Of a stretch of 64,000 nt of DNA, positions 1 through 15,700 are shown piece after piece; within the stretch, counting starts at the first letter, position 1; the number at the start of each line of letters is the position of its first letter. Under the pieces are notes generated by a model. The model was not told the origin of the DNA. It searched no databases and worked only from the letters and a program-made list of their open reading frames with translations. Source of the stretch: Squalus acanthias (Eukaryota); NCBI GenBank assembly GCA_030390025.1, contig CM059431.1:157048001-157112000 (forward strand), written 5' to 3'. Both the position numbers and the translations under genes were made by a program.

Positions 1-3000
1 CACACATTCTGATCTCAATGGATTCATCCTCACCGGATTACACACTGTTTGTTCCAACTGGGTCCATCCTTTCCCGGGTTACACACTGTCTGATCTCACT
101 GTGCCCATCCTCCCGGGATACACACTGTCTGATCTCACTGGGCCCATCCTCTCCGGCTTTCACACTGTCTGATCTCACTGGGCCCATCCTCCCCGGGTTA
201 TACATTTTATGATCTCAATTGGCCCACCCTCCCCAGGTTACACGCTGTCCGATCTCACTGTGCCAATGTTTTTCTTTTTTACACATTGCCTGATCTCTCT
301 GGTATCATCCTCCCCGGGTTACACACTGTCTGATCTCACTGGGACCATCCTTCCGGGATTCACACTGTATTATTCACTGTGCCCCTCCTCCCCGGTCTAC
401 AAATTGCCTGCTCTCACTAGACTCATCCATTACGGGTTACAAACTGTCCTTTCTCACTTGGCCCATCTTCCCCTGATTACACACTTTATGATCTCAATGG
501 GCCCATCCACCCCTGGCTATACACTGTCTGCTCTCACTGGGCCCATCCTCCACGGGTTACACAATGTCTAATCTGACTGTGCCCATCCTCCCCGGGTTGC
601 ACACTGTCTGATCTCAATGGGCCCACCCTCCCCAGGTTACACGCTGTCCGAACTTACTGTGCCAATTTTTCCATTTTTACACATTGCCTGATCTCTCTGG
701 CATCATCCTCCCTGGGTTACGCACTTTCTGATTTCACTGGGCCTATCCTCCCCGTGTTACACACAGTCTGAAGTCACTGGTGCCAACCTCCCCCGGTTGA
801 ATACAGCCTGATCTGACTGACTCCTCCTCCCGAGGTGCACACTGCCTGATCCCACTGGGCTCAACCTCCGGGGTTACGCACTGTCTGATCACACTGGTTC
901 CAACCTCTACCGATTACAAACTGTCTGATCTCACTTAGCCCATCCTCCCCGGGTTACACAATGACTGAGCTCATTGGACCCAGCCGCCCCGGGTTACACA
1001 CTGTCTGATCTCACTGGGCCCATTCTCCCGAGGTTACATACTGTCCAATCTCACTGGGTCCATCTCCCCGGGTTACACACTTTCTGATTTCATTGTACCC
1101 ATCCTCGCCGGTTTATAGTCTTTCCGATCTCACTGAGCCCATCCTCCACTTTGTTATACATTGTGTGCTCTTATTCACACCATCCTCCCCGGGTTACAGA
1201 CTGTCTGATTTCACTGTGCCCATTCTCCCAGGGTTACAAACTAATTGTTCTCCTTGTTACCATCCTCCAGGAATTACGCACTGTCTGATCTCACCAGGTC
1301 CATCCACTCTGGTAACATACTGTCTGATCTCAGTCGGACGATCCTTCCGGGATTCACACTGTATTATCCCACTGGGCCCCACCACCCCGGTCTACACACT
1401 GCTTGCTCTCACTAAACTCATCCTCTATGGGTTGCACACTGCCTTTTCCCACTGGGCCGATCCGCGAAGGATTAGACACTTTCTGATCTCACTGGGCCCA
1501 TCCTCCCCTGGCTGTACACTGTCTGCTCTCACTGGGCCCATCCACACCGGGTTACACATTGTCTGATCTCACTGGGCCCATTCTCCACGGGTTACACAAT
1601 GTCTAATCTCACTGGGCCCATCATCCACGGTTACACACTGTCTGACCTCACTAGACACACCAGCTCCGGGTTACACACTGTCTGATCTCACTAGACCCAC
1701 CATCTACGGGTTGCACGCTATCTGTTCTCACTTGGCCCAACCTCCCGGTTTACAAACTATCTGTTCTCACTAGATCCATCTTCCCAGGGTTACACACATT
1801 CTGATCTCAGTGGGCCCCTCCTTCCCCGTTTACACCCTCTCTGCTCTCACAGGACCCATCCTCCACGGGTTACACACTGTCTGTTCTCATTGGGCCCATC
1901 CTCCACGGGTTACAAGCTGTCAGATCTCACTGGCTCCTACCTGCCTGGTTACACAATGTCTTATCTCACTGGACACATCCTCCCCGGATTATACACTGAC
2001 TGGTCTCACTGGTAACATCCTCCCTTTGTTACAACTTGTCTGTTTTCACTGGGCCCAACCTGTTCGCGTTACACACTGCCTGATCTCACTGGGCCCATCC
2101 TGCTCGCGTTACACACTGCCTGATCTCACTGGGCCATCATCCCCGGATTACACAAAGTCTGCTCTCACTGGACCCATCCTCGCCGGGATAGACAACACCT
2201 ACTCTCAATGGAACCATCCTCCACGGGTTACACGCTGTCTTATCTCACTGTGCGCATAATCCCCGGGTTACACACCGTCTGATCTCACTGGGCCCATTCT
2301 CCACGGGTTACACAATGTCTAATCTCACTGGACCCATCATCCACGGTTACACACTGTCTGACCTCACTAGACACACCAGCTCCGGGTTACACACTGTCTG
2401 ATCTCACTAGACCCACCATCAACGGGTTGCACTCTATCTGTTCTCACTTGGCCCAACCTCCCGGTTTACAAACTGTCTGTTCTCACTGGATCCATCTTCC
2501 CAGGGTTACACACATTCTGATCTCAGTGGGCACCTCCTTCCCCGTTTACACCCTCTCTGCTCTCACAGGACCCATCCTCCACGGGTTACACACTGTCTGT
2601 TCTCATTGGGCCCATCCTCCACGGGTTACACGCCGTCAGATTTCACTGGCTCCTACCTGCCCTTGTTACACAATGTCTTATCTCACTGGACACATCCTCC
2701 ACGGATTATACACTGACTGGTCTCACTGGTAACATCCTCCGTTTGTTACAACTTGTCTGTTTTCACTGGGCCCATCCTGCTCGCGTTACACACTGTCTGA
2801 TCTCACTGGGCCCATCCTGCTCGCGTTACACACTGCCTGATCTCACTGGGCCCATCCTCGCCGGGATAGACAACGCCTACTCTCAATGGAACGATCCTCC
2901 ACGGGTTACACGCTGTCTTATCTCACTGTGCGCATAATCCCCGGGTTACACACCGTCTGATCTCACCGGGCCCATCATCTACCGATTACACACTGTTGAT

Positions 3001-4505
3001 CTCACTGAGCCGATCCTCCCCGGGTTACACACTGTCTAATCCCACTGGGGCCAATATCCCTTTGTTACACATTGTCTGTTATCACTGATACATCCTCCCC
3101 GTTTGAAACGCTGTCTGATCTCACTGGGCCCATCCTCCCGGGGTACACACTGTATTACCTCACTGGGCCTCTCCTCCCCGGGCTGCAAACTGTCTGCTCT
3201 CACTAGACTCATCCTCTACGGGTTTCTCACTGTCTGCTCTCACTGTGCTCATCCTCCCCGGATTACACACTGTCTGATTTCACTGGGCCCATCTTCCCGC
3301 GTTACACAATGTCTGATCTCAATGTGCCCATTCTCCCCGGGTTACAAATTGACTGATCTCACTGGAACCAACCTCTACGTTTTGCACACTGTCTGATCTC
3401 ACTGGGCCCATCATCTACCGGTTACACACTGTCTGATCTCACTGGGCCCATCATCTACGGGTTACACACTGACTGCTCTCACTGTGCCCATTCTCCTTGG
3501 GATACAAATTGTCTGATCGCACTGGAACAAACCTCGATGCGTTACAAACTGTCTGATCTCACTGGGCCCATCCTCCCGGGATGCACACTGTATTGTCTCA
3601 CTGTGCCTCTCCTCCCCGGGCTACACACTGTCTGGTCTCATTAGACTCATCCTCTACGGGTTTCACACTCTCTGCACTCATCGTGCTCATCCACCCCTGA
3701 TTATACACTGTCTGTTCTCACTGGGCACATCCTCCCCTTGTTACACATTGTCTGATTTCACTGTGCAACATCCTCCCCTTGTTTCACACTGGCAGATCTC
3801 CCTGGGAACATCCTCCCCGAGTTTCACATTGTCTTATTCTACTGGGCCCATGCTCCCCGATTTACATACTGTCTGATCTCACTGGACCCATCAACCCCGG
3901 GTTACACACTGTCAGATCTCATTGTGCCCATCCTCCCCGGGTTACACATTGTCTGATCTCAATGGACGCATCGTCCCCGGGTTACACACTGTCTAATTTC
4001 ACTGGGCCTATCCTCCACGGGTTACACACTGCGCGAACACACTGGACAAATCCTCAGCGGGAATGCACTGTCTGATCTCACTTGGACTCTCCTCCCCGGG
4101 TTAGATACTGTCTGCTCTCACTGTAACCATCCTCTACGGGGTACACACTGTCTGGTCTCACCGGGCAATCACCCGGAATATGCACTGTTAGATCTCACTG
4201 GGTACGTCCTCGCTGGGCTAAACACTGCCTGGTCTCACACATCCCATCCTCCCTTTGTTGAATCTTCTCTGTTTTCACTGGGCCCATCCACCACGGGTTA
4301 CACAGGTTACACACTGTCTGATTTCACTGGGTCCATCATCATCGGGATACACACTGTCTGATCTCGCTGGGTCCATCATCATCGGGATACACAATGTCTG
4401 ATCTCGCTGGGCCAATCTTCACCGGGTTACAGACTGTTTGATCTCACTGGGCCCACCCTCCCCGGGTTACACACTGTCTGATCTGACTGGGCCCATCATC
4501 ATCGT
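1..4505. repeat. 40-bp satellite array 1 (consensus ~CACACTGTCTGATCTCACTGGGCCCATCCTCCCCGGGTTA), runs off window start
   Basis: Continuous 40-nt periodicity with diverged monomers. Contains an internal ~716-bp tandem duplication (1561 vs 2277). Confidence 0.95.
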
Positions 4506-5519
4506 GCAAAAAAGTGAAACGTTTGCTTTACTAGCGTGTTAACTTTTGTTGGTGGTGCTTTCATTTCACCTTTTCATTTAATGTTTATTTTAAAAGTTTG
4601 CCAGCGGATTTAATTTATTGTGGGTCAAAAAAATTCTGACCGTTAAATTCATGTACATATTAGCAGTCGTTTTAATGTGATTATTAAAAATATATGCTAC
4701 CCTTTGTGATTCCTCCGTATCACATTTCCCTTCCTGTTCCTCTGTGCTGACGCTCCCAATCTGTTTACGACTCGCCCTGCTTTATGTCTGAAATCCATTC
4801 CTTTTACCTGTCTACTTCCACCACCGGTTTTGCACTTGGCCCATAATGATTGCTTCCCTCCCCCACCGGTTCCATATTTGTTTCATTTCCATCAGCTCTT
4901 CTGTCGGATTGTGTCGTAACATCCCTTCTCCAGATGCGCTTTCCATCCCACCTGTTCCATGCCTGAATGTCCCCTGCATCTATTAGCGTTTTCTGTTCTA
5001 CAACCTCCCTCCAACATAAATCACCCCAAAGCCTTTATTCCTTCCCCAAGCTACTGTAATGCAAGTTCTCCGTTGCCCTTTCTTTCCTCCTGCAGCCATT
5101 CGCCCACCTGTTCTTTATCTGATTCTCCTCTCATTCCTTTTAACTTGCCCCATGTCTGATTACCTTCCCTGCTCGCTCCCCATTCTGATGCATGTAATTC
5201 CCCATCCACCACAAAGTAAACATCAAAGTTATTCTAAACAATTCTGCGAAACACTAATTGCATGCATAATACAACATTACCTGCATAGCCCAAACATATC
5301 CAGTTACGAACTTGAGAAATGTTAAACTCCATGGTAATTATTCCAATTGTTGTATTTTCCCTATTTTGCAGTTGTACTAGATTCGGGCCTCATTCCTAGG
5401 TTCAATTAAACCAATTTAATTGTTCGCTTCTATTTCGCTATTGAAACCATAGTTCACATTTAGATTTCTTTAGTGATGGGCGTGTTGTACCTTCCATGCC
5501 AGCAAGGCATATATTGTCG

Positions 5520-6765
5520 TGGAACATAGGAACAAAGTTAGGTCAGTCAGCATTTGGCCACTGCTTCGCCATTGAGTAAGATCGTGGCTGATCTGTACCT
5601 CAACTCCATTTACACGGCATTAGATCAAATGCCTTGATATGCTTCCCTAAAAAACCCAGTATCGATCTCAGTCTTGAAATTCCAATTCTCCCAGCATCCG
5701 CAGACTGTTGGGGGAGTGCATTCCAAATTTCCACTGTGTGAAAAAGTACTTGCTAAATTGCCCGGCTCTAATTTAAGATCATGTCTCCATGTTCCTGATA
5801 TTTCATCAGAGGAATCAATTTCTCTTTATTTATCCGATCGAATTATTTCAACATTTTAATCACCTCGATCAGATCACTCATCGAGCATCTACAATCAATA
5901 GAAAAAAAGCCAGATTTATGCGACCTGTCAATCTGAGAGTTTACCATTGACAGCCCACTCTGTCTCTTCATTCCTTAAGCATTTCGAACCCAATTCGATA
6001 CACTCTCACATTTGCCAATTACATTTTGTGTGAAACCTTATCGAATGGCTTCTGGAAGTTCACATATATAACATCCATAGACACACCTTTGTCTATCTTT
6101 TTAGCGATTTCCTCAAACAAATCAACTGGATTATGCAGATATGATATATCTTTAATAAGCCGCGCTGGTTTTCTATGATCAGCTTATATTTTCTCCAGTA
6201 ATCAGTCACTCTATCCTTAATGACAGATTCTTGTAGCTTCCCATAATCGCGTTAAACAGACAGGCCTGTAGTTACTTGGTTTCTCCATCTCACCCATCTC
6301 AAATAATGGAGTGAAGATAACAATATCCGTGTATGACGGCACAATTCCCAAATCAAGAGACATTGAAAGATTATAATTAACAATTCTGAAATTCCCATAG
6401 GTATTTATTTTTGTACCCCGGGGTGGCTGTCATCGTGTCCTGGAAATGTATCTAGCCTAAGACCCACTAATTCATCCATTACCATTTTTAATAATATTGA
6501 TACAATAAATTCCTTCCCATGATTCATTTTAGTGTCCATTCTATCATTGGTGTTTAATCCTCTTCTTCTACTGTGAAAACAGATACAAAGTATTCATCAA
6601 TAATTCTGCTATGGACAAGTGAGCTCTAATCGTATCACCGGTGTCTGTCTTTAATGGACCCACATCTCCCTCAACACCTCTCTTACACTTAATATAAGTA
6701 TGCATCGTTTAAAATATTAACTTTTATGTTACTTGCCCCTTTTCCGTAGCCCCGTTTTGTAACTC
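5520..6765 (-). mobile_element. Old, internally deleted CR1 LINE fragments
   Basis: CR1-type 3' end near 5520. Decayed RT-like sequence; the paralogous copy gives ORF 21321-21590 (TPLFEMG...NYRPVCLT). Confidence 0.7.
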
Positions 6766-7509
6766 TTAATGGAGAGACTGTAGAAATGGCCAAAACATAT
6801 CAGATGCAAACTAATGTGACTAAGTCTGTGAGATGCACTTTTGCAGGAACAACAGGGAGAGGCCGCATAATCTAGTTGGTGCTATTTTAAAGGGGGACAA
6901 CAGCAGAAGACCTGGGCTGCATATTCACACATATTTAATGGTGGCAGGGCAAGTTGATAATGTGGATAAGAAAGAGCATGTGTACATTGGCTTCGTAAAT
7001 AGTGGCATTGAATAAAAAACAAGCTAAAGCTTGTTTTAAATATTTAGTGAATGGACGTTTATGTCTTTATTTACGATAGATTACAGTTTAGTTTTTAATT
7101 AATTACCATATCTAGTTAAAGTTCTAGGTAGACGAAATTAAATTATTACCTGCAAAATGCAGCACTCCAAGTATTAGAGGCAAAGAGCAGTACCTCCTTC
7201 CCCCTCTGCTCCGAATTCCCACTCTCTCTAAATTTCCCATGTTTGAACAGTCTGTTTAGAAGCAATCTGTTTAAGAACCTCCGTGCTGACCACTCTGCGC
7301 ATCTGCAAATACTGTTTACTTTTATATCTTTGGAGCCACACTCAAGTTACAAGTGCAGTCTCAGCTTCCTGTAGCAGTAATTTATTTTTATTCGTTTATG
7401 GGATGTCGTCGTCCTTGACAATGCCGACATTTATTGCCCATCCCTAATTGGCCTTGAGAAGGTGTTGGCGAGCCGCCTTCTTGAACCGCTGCAGTACTTG
7501 TGATGAAGG

Positions 7510-8400
7510 AACCATGGGTTGAGGCCTATTAGAGACAAATAAGGTGATATATGCTTATGATACAGGGCAACGCTTGAATACTCAATGAGTATTTTTTGTC
7601 GATATTTACTATGGAGGTGGATGCTGGAAAAATATCAGTAGAAGTGGAAAAGTTAGATGCAATGGAAGGGGTGAACATTTATAGAGAGGATGTAATAAAA
7701 TAGCTGGGTATGCTTAGAGTGGACAAGTCTCCTGATCCAATGGGTTGCATCACAGGTTTCTAAGGGAATTAGGGGAGGACATAGCAGAAGAGCCTGCCAT
7801 TATTTTCCAATCTTCCCCAGATGCTGTGCGTTGCCTGAGGATTGGAAAGTGGCAAATGTGACACCATTGTCCAAGAAAGGGTGTGAGGACAATGCTAGTA
7901 ACTACAGACCGGTCAGTTTAACATCGGTGATGGGTAAGGTTTTAGAAACAACAATGAAAGAAAAATTAACGGGCATTTGGAGAGGTTTAAGCTAATCAAG
8001 TAGAGCCAATACGGGTGTGTAGAAGGAAGCTGTTGTTTGACTAATCTAATTGAATTTTTGATCGAGTAACAAAGTGGATTGATGAAGGGAATGCAATGGA
8101 TGTTGCATATATGGATTGTCGGAAGGCGTTTAACAAAGTGCCACGTAGAATGCTGGTTAACAAAATAGAGGCTCATGGAATAGGTTGGTCAGTAGCAGAT
8201 TGGATACGGAATTGGCTTAATGATAGAAAACAGCGACTTGTCGTAAATGGCTCTTTTTCAGACAGGAGGATCGCAGACAGTAATGTTCTCCAAGGGTCAG
8301 GGCTGGTGCCACTGCTTTTTTTGATCGAAAAAAATGACCTGGATATTGGAATACAGATTATAATTTCTAAATTTGACGCTAACACCCAACTTGGGGACAC
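7510..8400 (+). mobile_element. CR1 ORF2 (RT) fragment, pseudogenised
   Basis: ORF 8096-8455 reads MDVAYMDCRKAFNKVP...WIRNWLNDRKQRLVVNG...QGSGLVPLLF, typical CR1 RT motifs. Frameshifted. Confidence 0.9.
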
Positions 8401-8796
8401 AGATAGAATAACGGAGTGTGCTAAACTCTGGCTGGTGAAACGTGAGAAATTGTGAGGAACGTTCACTTTGTATCAGAGAAAGAATGGCGAGAGACGAGGA
8501 ACCGTGTTGGGATTTCTGTGCCCTGTACACATATCACTAATGCTAGTGAGCAGGTACAAAAATGTATCAAAATGTTTAAATGTCGGCCGCTTGTTATACA
8601 TCCCGTCTTTATTTCCTTTCTGTTGAAATCAATCGAAAGGAAATCGAGCGCTGTGTGAAGGGAGGTCGATCCGCTACCACCCACTTTTCACCCTTTTGAC
8701 ACTACATTTCCCACCTTCATTTCCCGACTGCTGCAATGATGTCAGCATTCACTCACCAAGAACGATTTAAGAAGTGCAAACATGCAATGACTTTAC

Positions 8797-8829
8797 CTTT
8801 TGCTGTCAAACGATTGAAGAAAGGATGAC
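8797..8829 (-). other. Candidate 33-nt symmetric micro-exon (phase 1-1, GHPFFNRLTAK)
   Basis: Minus strand: cttgtgttgttcag|GTCATCC...CAAAAG|gtaaag in non-repetitive sequence. Could be chance. Confidence 0.2.
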
Positions 8830-9721
8830 CTGAACAACACAAGTGTCATCATTTTAATTTTATACAATAGTTTAAAATGCGCATTCTGGAATTGGCGCTT
8901 ATCCAATAACATCAACTTGAACGAAAATAGAGCGTGATGTATAGCGGGCAGCCAATTCGCTCCTGTACATTTATCACCAATGTCCGAAGTTAGAATTATG
9001 CACAAGGAGTTAAATACAACTTGAACAAGGGCACACAACTGATTGGAGTGGATGAGCTCTCAGTTATACACTCGTCCCAATTTCCTTTCTAGTGACAGGT
9101 TGGAAGGGAGTTGAAACACTGGAATTAAATGGAAAATAAAACAAGGTGATTTGTATAACCAGTGGCCGATCTGCTACCGCCCATGTTTTCCCCCCATTTC
9201 AACCCCAATGCTTTTCTCAACACAGCGCCAACTGTTGTCGTGGTACCAAAAACGTTGAGAAAAGCAGGTCGCAGGCATCCAATCAGATCCCAATTTACAT
9301 GCAATTTTCAAACTAATGCTTGTTGAGGTCAACTAACAACAACGTAGACGCTCATTATTAAGATATTATCTGAAAGGCTCACTGGTGGAATTGCTTTAAT
9401 GATGGGATAGATATTCTTCTTGTCATAATTCCTTGTCATAATCCCGTATCAGATTATTAGTTAAAATGCTACTAGTTACCACTCTTAAATATGTCATTGA
9501 AAATTTTGAAGCAAAAAGTAGTTTAAAAAAATACCTTTCATTGCGGTGCCCGATTGCTTTGGTTTATTTAAGGTTTTGCGCTTGGCGATATGCAAAATGA
9601 AATTGAGTGGAACCGAGAAAGCATTCTTCAGATCAAGCACAATTTTCGGCGCCATTTGCGCTCGAATCGCCGGTTGTAACGAAAGCGTAAAATCTACCCA
9701 AGAATATGATTTCATTGAGGC

Positions 9722-12700
9722 GATCCTCACTGGGTTACAAACTGTCTGCTCTCAGTGGGCCATCCTCCCCGGGTTACACACTGACTGATCTCATTAGCTC
9801 CATTCTCCCCTGGTTACACAATGTCTGATCTCAGTGGGCCCATACACCCTGGTTTACACACTGTCTGATCTCACTGGGTCCATCGTCCCGGGTTACACAC
9901 TGTCTGAGCTCAAATGACTCATCCTCTCCGGTTGACGCTTTATGATCTCATTCCGTCCATCCTTCCCGGGGTTACCCGCTGTATGATCTCACTGGTCCCA
10001 TCCTGCCGAGATACACACTGTATGATCTAACTTGGCCCATCCTCTCCGGATTTCACACTGTCTCATCTTACTGGGCCTAACCTCCCCGGGTTATACACTG
10101 TCCGATCTCACTGGGCCATTTTTCCTTTTTTACACATTGCCTGATCTCTCTGGGACCTCCTCCCCGTTTTACGCACTTTCTGATTTCACTGAAAAATCCT
10201 CCCCGGGTTTAACACGTTCTGATCTCCCTGGGCCTATCCTCCCCGGGTTACACACAGTCTGAACTCATTGGTGCCAACCTTCCCCGGTTGAATACAGCCT
10301 GATCTAACTGATACATCCTCCCCGGGTTACACACTGCCTGATCTCACTGGGCTCATCCTCCGGTGTTACACCTTGTCTGAACACACTGAGTCCAACCTCT
10401 ACGGATTACAAACTGTCTGATCTCACTGGGTCCATCCTCCACAGCTTACACTCTGTCTGATCTCACGGGGCCCATCCACACTGGTTACACGCTTTCTGAT
10501 CTCACTGGGTCCCTCCTCCCCGGGTTCCACGCTGTCTGATCTCACTGGGTCCATTCTTCCCGGGGTTACACACTGTCTGATCTCACTAGACCCATTCTCC
10601 CCAGGTTACATACTGTCCAATCTCACTGGGTCCATCCTACCCGGGTTACACACTTTCTGATTTCATTGTACACATCCTCGCCGGGTTATAGTAGGTCCGA
10701 TCACACTGAGCCCACCCTCCTCTTCGTTATACATTGTTTGGCCTCATTCACCCTATCATCCCCGGGTTACAGACTGTCTTATCTCACTGGGCACATTCTC
10801 CCAGAGTTACAAACTGATTGTTCTCTTTGGGCCCAACCTCCCGGGGTTACGCACTGTCTGATATCACTCGGCCCATCCTCCCCGGGTTATACACTGTCTG
10901 ATCTCACTGGGACCAACCTTCCGGGATTCACGCTGTATTATTCATTGGGCCCATCCTTCCCGGTCTACAAACTGTCTACTCTCACTCGACTCATCCTCTG
11001 CGGGTTACACACTGTCTTTTCTCACTGGGCCCATCCTCCCCGGATTACAGACATTCTGATCTCACTGGGCCCATCCTCCCTGGTTACACGCGTTCTGATC
11101 TCACTGGGTCCATCCTCCCCGGGTTACACACTGTCTGATCTCACTGGGTCCAACCTTCCCGGGGTTACACACTGTCTGATCTCACTGGACTCATTCTCCC
11201 CAGGTTACATACTGTCGAATCTCAGTGGGTACATCCTACACGGGTTACACACTTTCTGATTTCATTGTACCCAACCTCGCCGGGTGATAGGCTGTCCGAT
11301 CTCACTGAGCCCATCCTCCCGTTTGTTACACATTGTTTGGTCTCATTTACCCTATCCTCCCCGGGTTACATCTTCTCTGATCTCACTGGGCCCATTCTCC
11401 TACGGTTACAAACTCATTGTTCTCCTTGTGCCCAATCCTCACTTGGTTACGCACTGTCAAATCTCACTGTTTCTATCCTCTCCGGTAACATACTGTCTGA
11501 TATCACTAGGCCCATCTTCCCCGGGTTACGCACTGTTTTTTTCTCACTGGGCCTAATCTCCCCGGATTACACACTTTCTGATCTCACTGGGTCCATGCTC
11601 CCCTGGCTGTACACTGTCTGGTCTCACTGGGCCCATCCACCCCGGGTTACACACTGTCTGATCTCACTGAATCCATTCTCCCAAGGTTACAAACTGATTG
11701 TTTTCGTTGGGCCCATCCTCCCGGGTTTACGTACTGTCTGATCTCACTAGTTCCATCCTCTCCGGGTAAAATAATGTCTGATATCACTGGGCCTATCCTC
11801 CCCGGGTTATACACTGTCTAATCTCAGTGGCACCATCTTTCCGGGATTTACACTCTATTATTCACTGGGCCCCTCCTTCCCGGTCTACAAACTGTCTGCT
11901 CTCACTAGACTCATCTTCTACGGGTTGCACACTGTCCTCTCTCACTGAGACCATCCTCCCCTGTTTACACATTTTCTGATCTCAATGAGCCCATCCTCCC
12001 CTGGCTATACACTGTCTACTCTTACTGGACCCATCCACCCCGGATTACACACTGTCTGATCTCACAGGGGCCCCCCTCCACGGGTTACACACTGTCTAAT
12101 CTTACTGGGCCCATCGTCCCCTGGTTACACACTGTCTGATCTCACTAGACCCACCAGCTCCGGGTTTGCACACTGTCTGATCTCACTGGGTCCATCATCC
12201 CCGGATTACACATAGTTCATCTCAGTGGGCCCTTCCTTTCCCGGTTACACACTCTCTGCTCTCACTGAACCCATCCTCTATGGGTTAAACACTGTCTGTT
12301 TTCATTGGGCCCATCCTACCCCGGCTACAAGTTGTCAGATCTCACTGGCTCCAACCTGCCCTGGTTACACAATGTCTGATCTCACTGGACACATCCTCCC
12401 CGGATTATACACTGACTGATCTCACATTACACATCATCCCTTTTTTACAACTTGTCTGTTTTCACTAAGACAATCCTCCCCGTGTTACACACTGCCTGAT
12501 CTCAATGGGTCATCATCCGCGGGTTACACGCTGTCTGTTCTCACTGGGCCCAGCTTGCCGGGTTACAAACTGTTTGATCTCACTGCGTCCATCATCCCGA
12601 AGTTGCACACAGTCTGATCTCAGTGGGCCCCTCCTTCCCCGGTAACACAATCTGCTCTTTCTGGACACATCCTCTACCGGTTACACACTGTCTGTTCTCG

Positions 12701-15700
12701 TTGGGCCCATCCTCCCCGGGTTACACGCTGTCAGATCTCACTGGCTCCAACCTGCCCTGGTTACACGCTGTCTGATCTCACTGGGCACATACTCCCAGGG
12801 TTACACACCGTCTGCTCTCACTGGGCTCAGCATCTACGGATTACACACTTTCTGATCTCACTGGGCCCGTCCTCCGCGGGTTATACACTGTCTGATCCCA
12901 CTGGGGTCAATATCACTTTGTTACACATTGTTTGTTATCACTGGCCCATCCTCCACGTTTTACACATTGTCTGATCTCACTGTGCCCATCCTCCCGGGTT
13001 CCAAACTGTATTATCTCACTGGGCCTCTCCTACTCGGGCTGCACACTGTCTGCTCTCACTAGACTCATCCTCTACGGGGATCTCACTGTCTGCTCTCACT
13101 GTGCTCCACCTCCCCGGATTACAAACTGTCTTATTTCACTGTACCCATCCTCCATTGGTTAAAGACTGTCTAATCCACTGGGCCCATCCTACCCTTTGTT
13201 ATACACTGTTCTGTATCATTCGCCCTATCCTCCCCGGGTTACACACTGTCTGATCTCAATGTGCCCATACTCTGCGAGTTATACACTGTCTACTCTCACT
13301 GTACCATTCTCACCGGGATACAAACTGTCTGATCTCACTGGACACAGCCGCTACGGGTTACACACTGTGTGATATCACTTGTCCTCTCCTCCACGGGCTA
13401 CACACTGTATTACCCCGTGGACCTCTTCTCCCTGGGCTACACACTGTCTGCTCTCACTAGACTCATCCTGTACGGGTTTCAGACTGTCTGCTCTCACTGT
13501 GCACGTCCTCCCCGGAATAAACCCAGTCAGATCTCAGTGGGCACATCCTCCCTGGGTTGCACACTGTCTGATTTCACTTTATCCATCCTCCCCGAGTTAT
13601 ATACCGTCTGATTTCACTGGGCCCATCCTCCCCGGGTTACACACTGATCACACTGGGACAATTCTCCCATTGTTACACACTGTCTGATCTCACTGGCCCC
13701 ATCCTCCTCGGGTTACATTCTATGCGATCTCACTGGACAATTCTTCCCCACTGCTCCCCGTGTTACAGATTGTCTGATCTCAGTGGGCGCATCCTCCTCG
13801 GATTACACACCGTCAGCTCTCAGTGGGCCCATCCTCCCCGGGTTATACAATGTCTGATCTCACAGTTCCCATCGTGACCCGGTTACACACTGTCAGATTT
13901 CAATGGGCCAGTCGTCCCTTTGTTAAACATTGTCTGATTTCACTTGGCCTATGCTCCCTGGTTTACACACTGTCTCATCTCACTGGGCCCATTTTCCCTT
14001 AGTTACACATTGTTTGATCTCGCTGTACAGAGCATTCATGCTTTACACACTGTCTTTTCTTATATTATCCATCTTCCATGTGTTGCACACTGTCTGATCT
14101 CACTGGTCCCATCCTCCGGAGTTACACACATTCTGATCTCAATGGACTCATCCTCACCGGATTACAAACTGTTTTTTCCAACTTGTTCCATCCTTCCCCG
14201 GGTTACACACTGTCTGATCTCACTGTGCCCATCCTCCCGGAATACACACTGTATGATCTCACTGGGCCCATCCTCTCCGGCTTTCACACTGTCTGATCTC
14301 ACTGGGCCCATCCTCCCTGGATTATACACTTTATGATCTCAATGGGCCCACCCTCCCCAGGTTACACGCTGTCCGATCTCACTGTGCCAATGTTTTTCTT
14401 TTTTACACATTGCCTGATCTCTCTGGTATCATCCTCCCCGGGTTACACACTGTCTGATCTCACTGGAAAAATCTTCCCCGGGTTTAACACTTTCTGATCT
14501 CCCTGGGCCTATCCTCCCCGTGTTACACACAGTCTGAAGTCACTGGTGCCAACCTCCCCCGGTTGAAAACAGCCTGATCTAACTGACACATCCTCCCCGG
14601 GTTGCACACTGCCTAATCTCACTGGGCTCATCCTCCGGGGTTACACAATTTCTGATCACACTGGGTCCAAACTCTACGGATTACAAACAGTCTGAGCTCA
14701 CTTGGCCCATCTTCCCCGGTTTACACAATGTCTGATCTCATTAGACCATACGCCCCGGGTTACACACTGTCTGATCTCACTGGGCCCATTCTCCCTAGGT
14801 TACATACAGTTCAATCTCACTGGGTCCATCTCCTCGGGTTACACACTTTCTGATTTAATTGTACCCATCCTCGCCGGTTTATAGTCTTTCCGATCTCACT
14901 GAGCCCATCCTCCCCTTTGTTATACATTGTTTTGTCTTATTCACATCATCCTCACCGGATTACAGACTGTCTAATTTCACTGGGCCCATTCTCCCAGGGA
15001 TACAAACCCATTGTTCTCCTTGTCACCATCCTCCAGGGGTTATGCACTGTCTGACCTCACTCGGTCCACCCACTCCGGTAACATACTGGCTGGTCACACT
15101 GGGACCATCCTTCCGGGATTCACACTGTATTATCCCACTGGGCCCCTCCTCCCCGGTCTACACACTGTTTGCTCTCACTAAACACAACCTCTACGGGTTG
15201 CACACTGCGTTTTCCCACTGGGCCCATCCTCGAAGGATTACACACTTTCTGATCTCACTAGACCCACCATCTACGGTTTGCACGCTATCTGTTCTCACTT
15301 GGCCCAACGTCCCGGTTTAGAAACTTTCTGTTCTCACTGGATCCATCTTCCCAGGGTTACACACAGTCTGATCTCAGTGGGCCCCTCCTTCCACGTTTAG
15401 AGCCTCTCTGCTCTCACAGGACCCATCCTCCACGGGTTACACACTGTCTGTTCTCATTGGGCCAATCCTCCACGCGTTACACTCTGTCAGATCTCACTGG
15501 CTCCTACCTGCGCTGGTTCCACAATGTTTGATCTCACTGGATACATCCTTCCCGGATTATACACTTACTGGTCTCACTGGGAACATTCTCCCTTTGTTTC
15601 AACTTGTCTGTTGTCAGTGGGCCCATCCTCCTCGCGTTACACACTGCCTGATCTCACTGGGCCATCAACCCCTATTACACACTGTCTGCTCTCACTGGAC

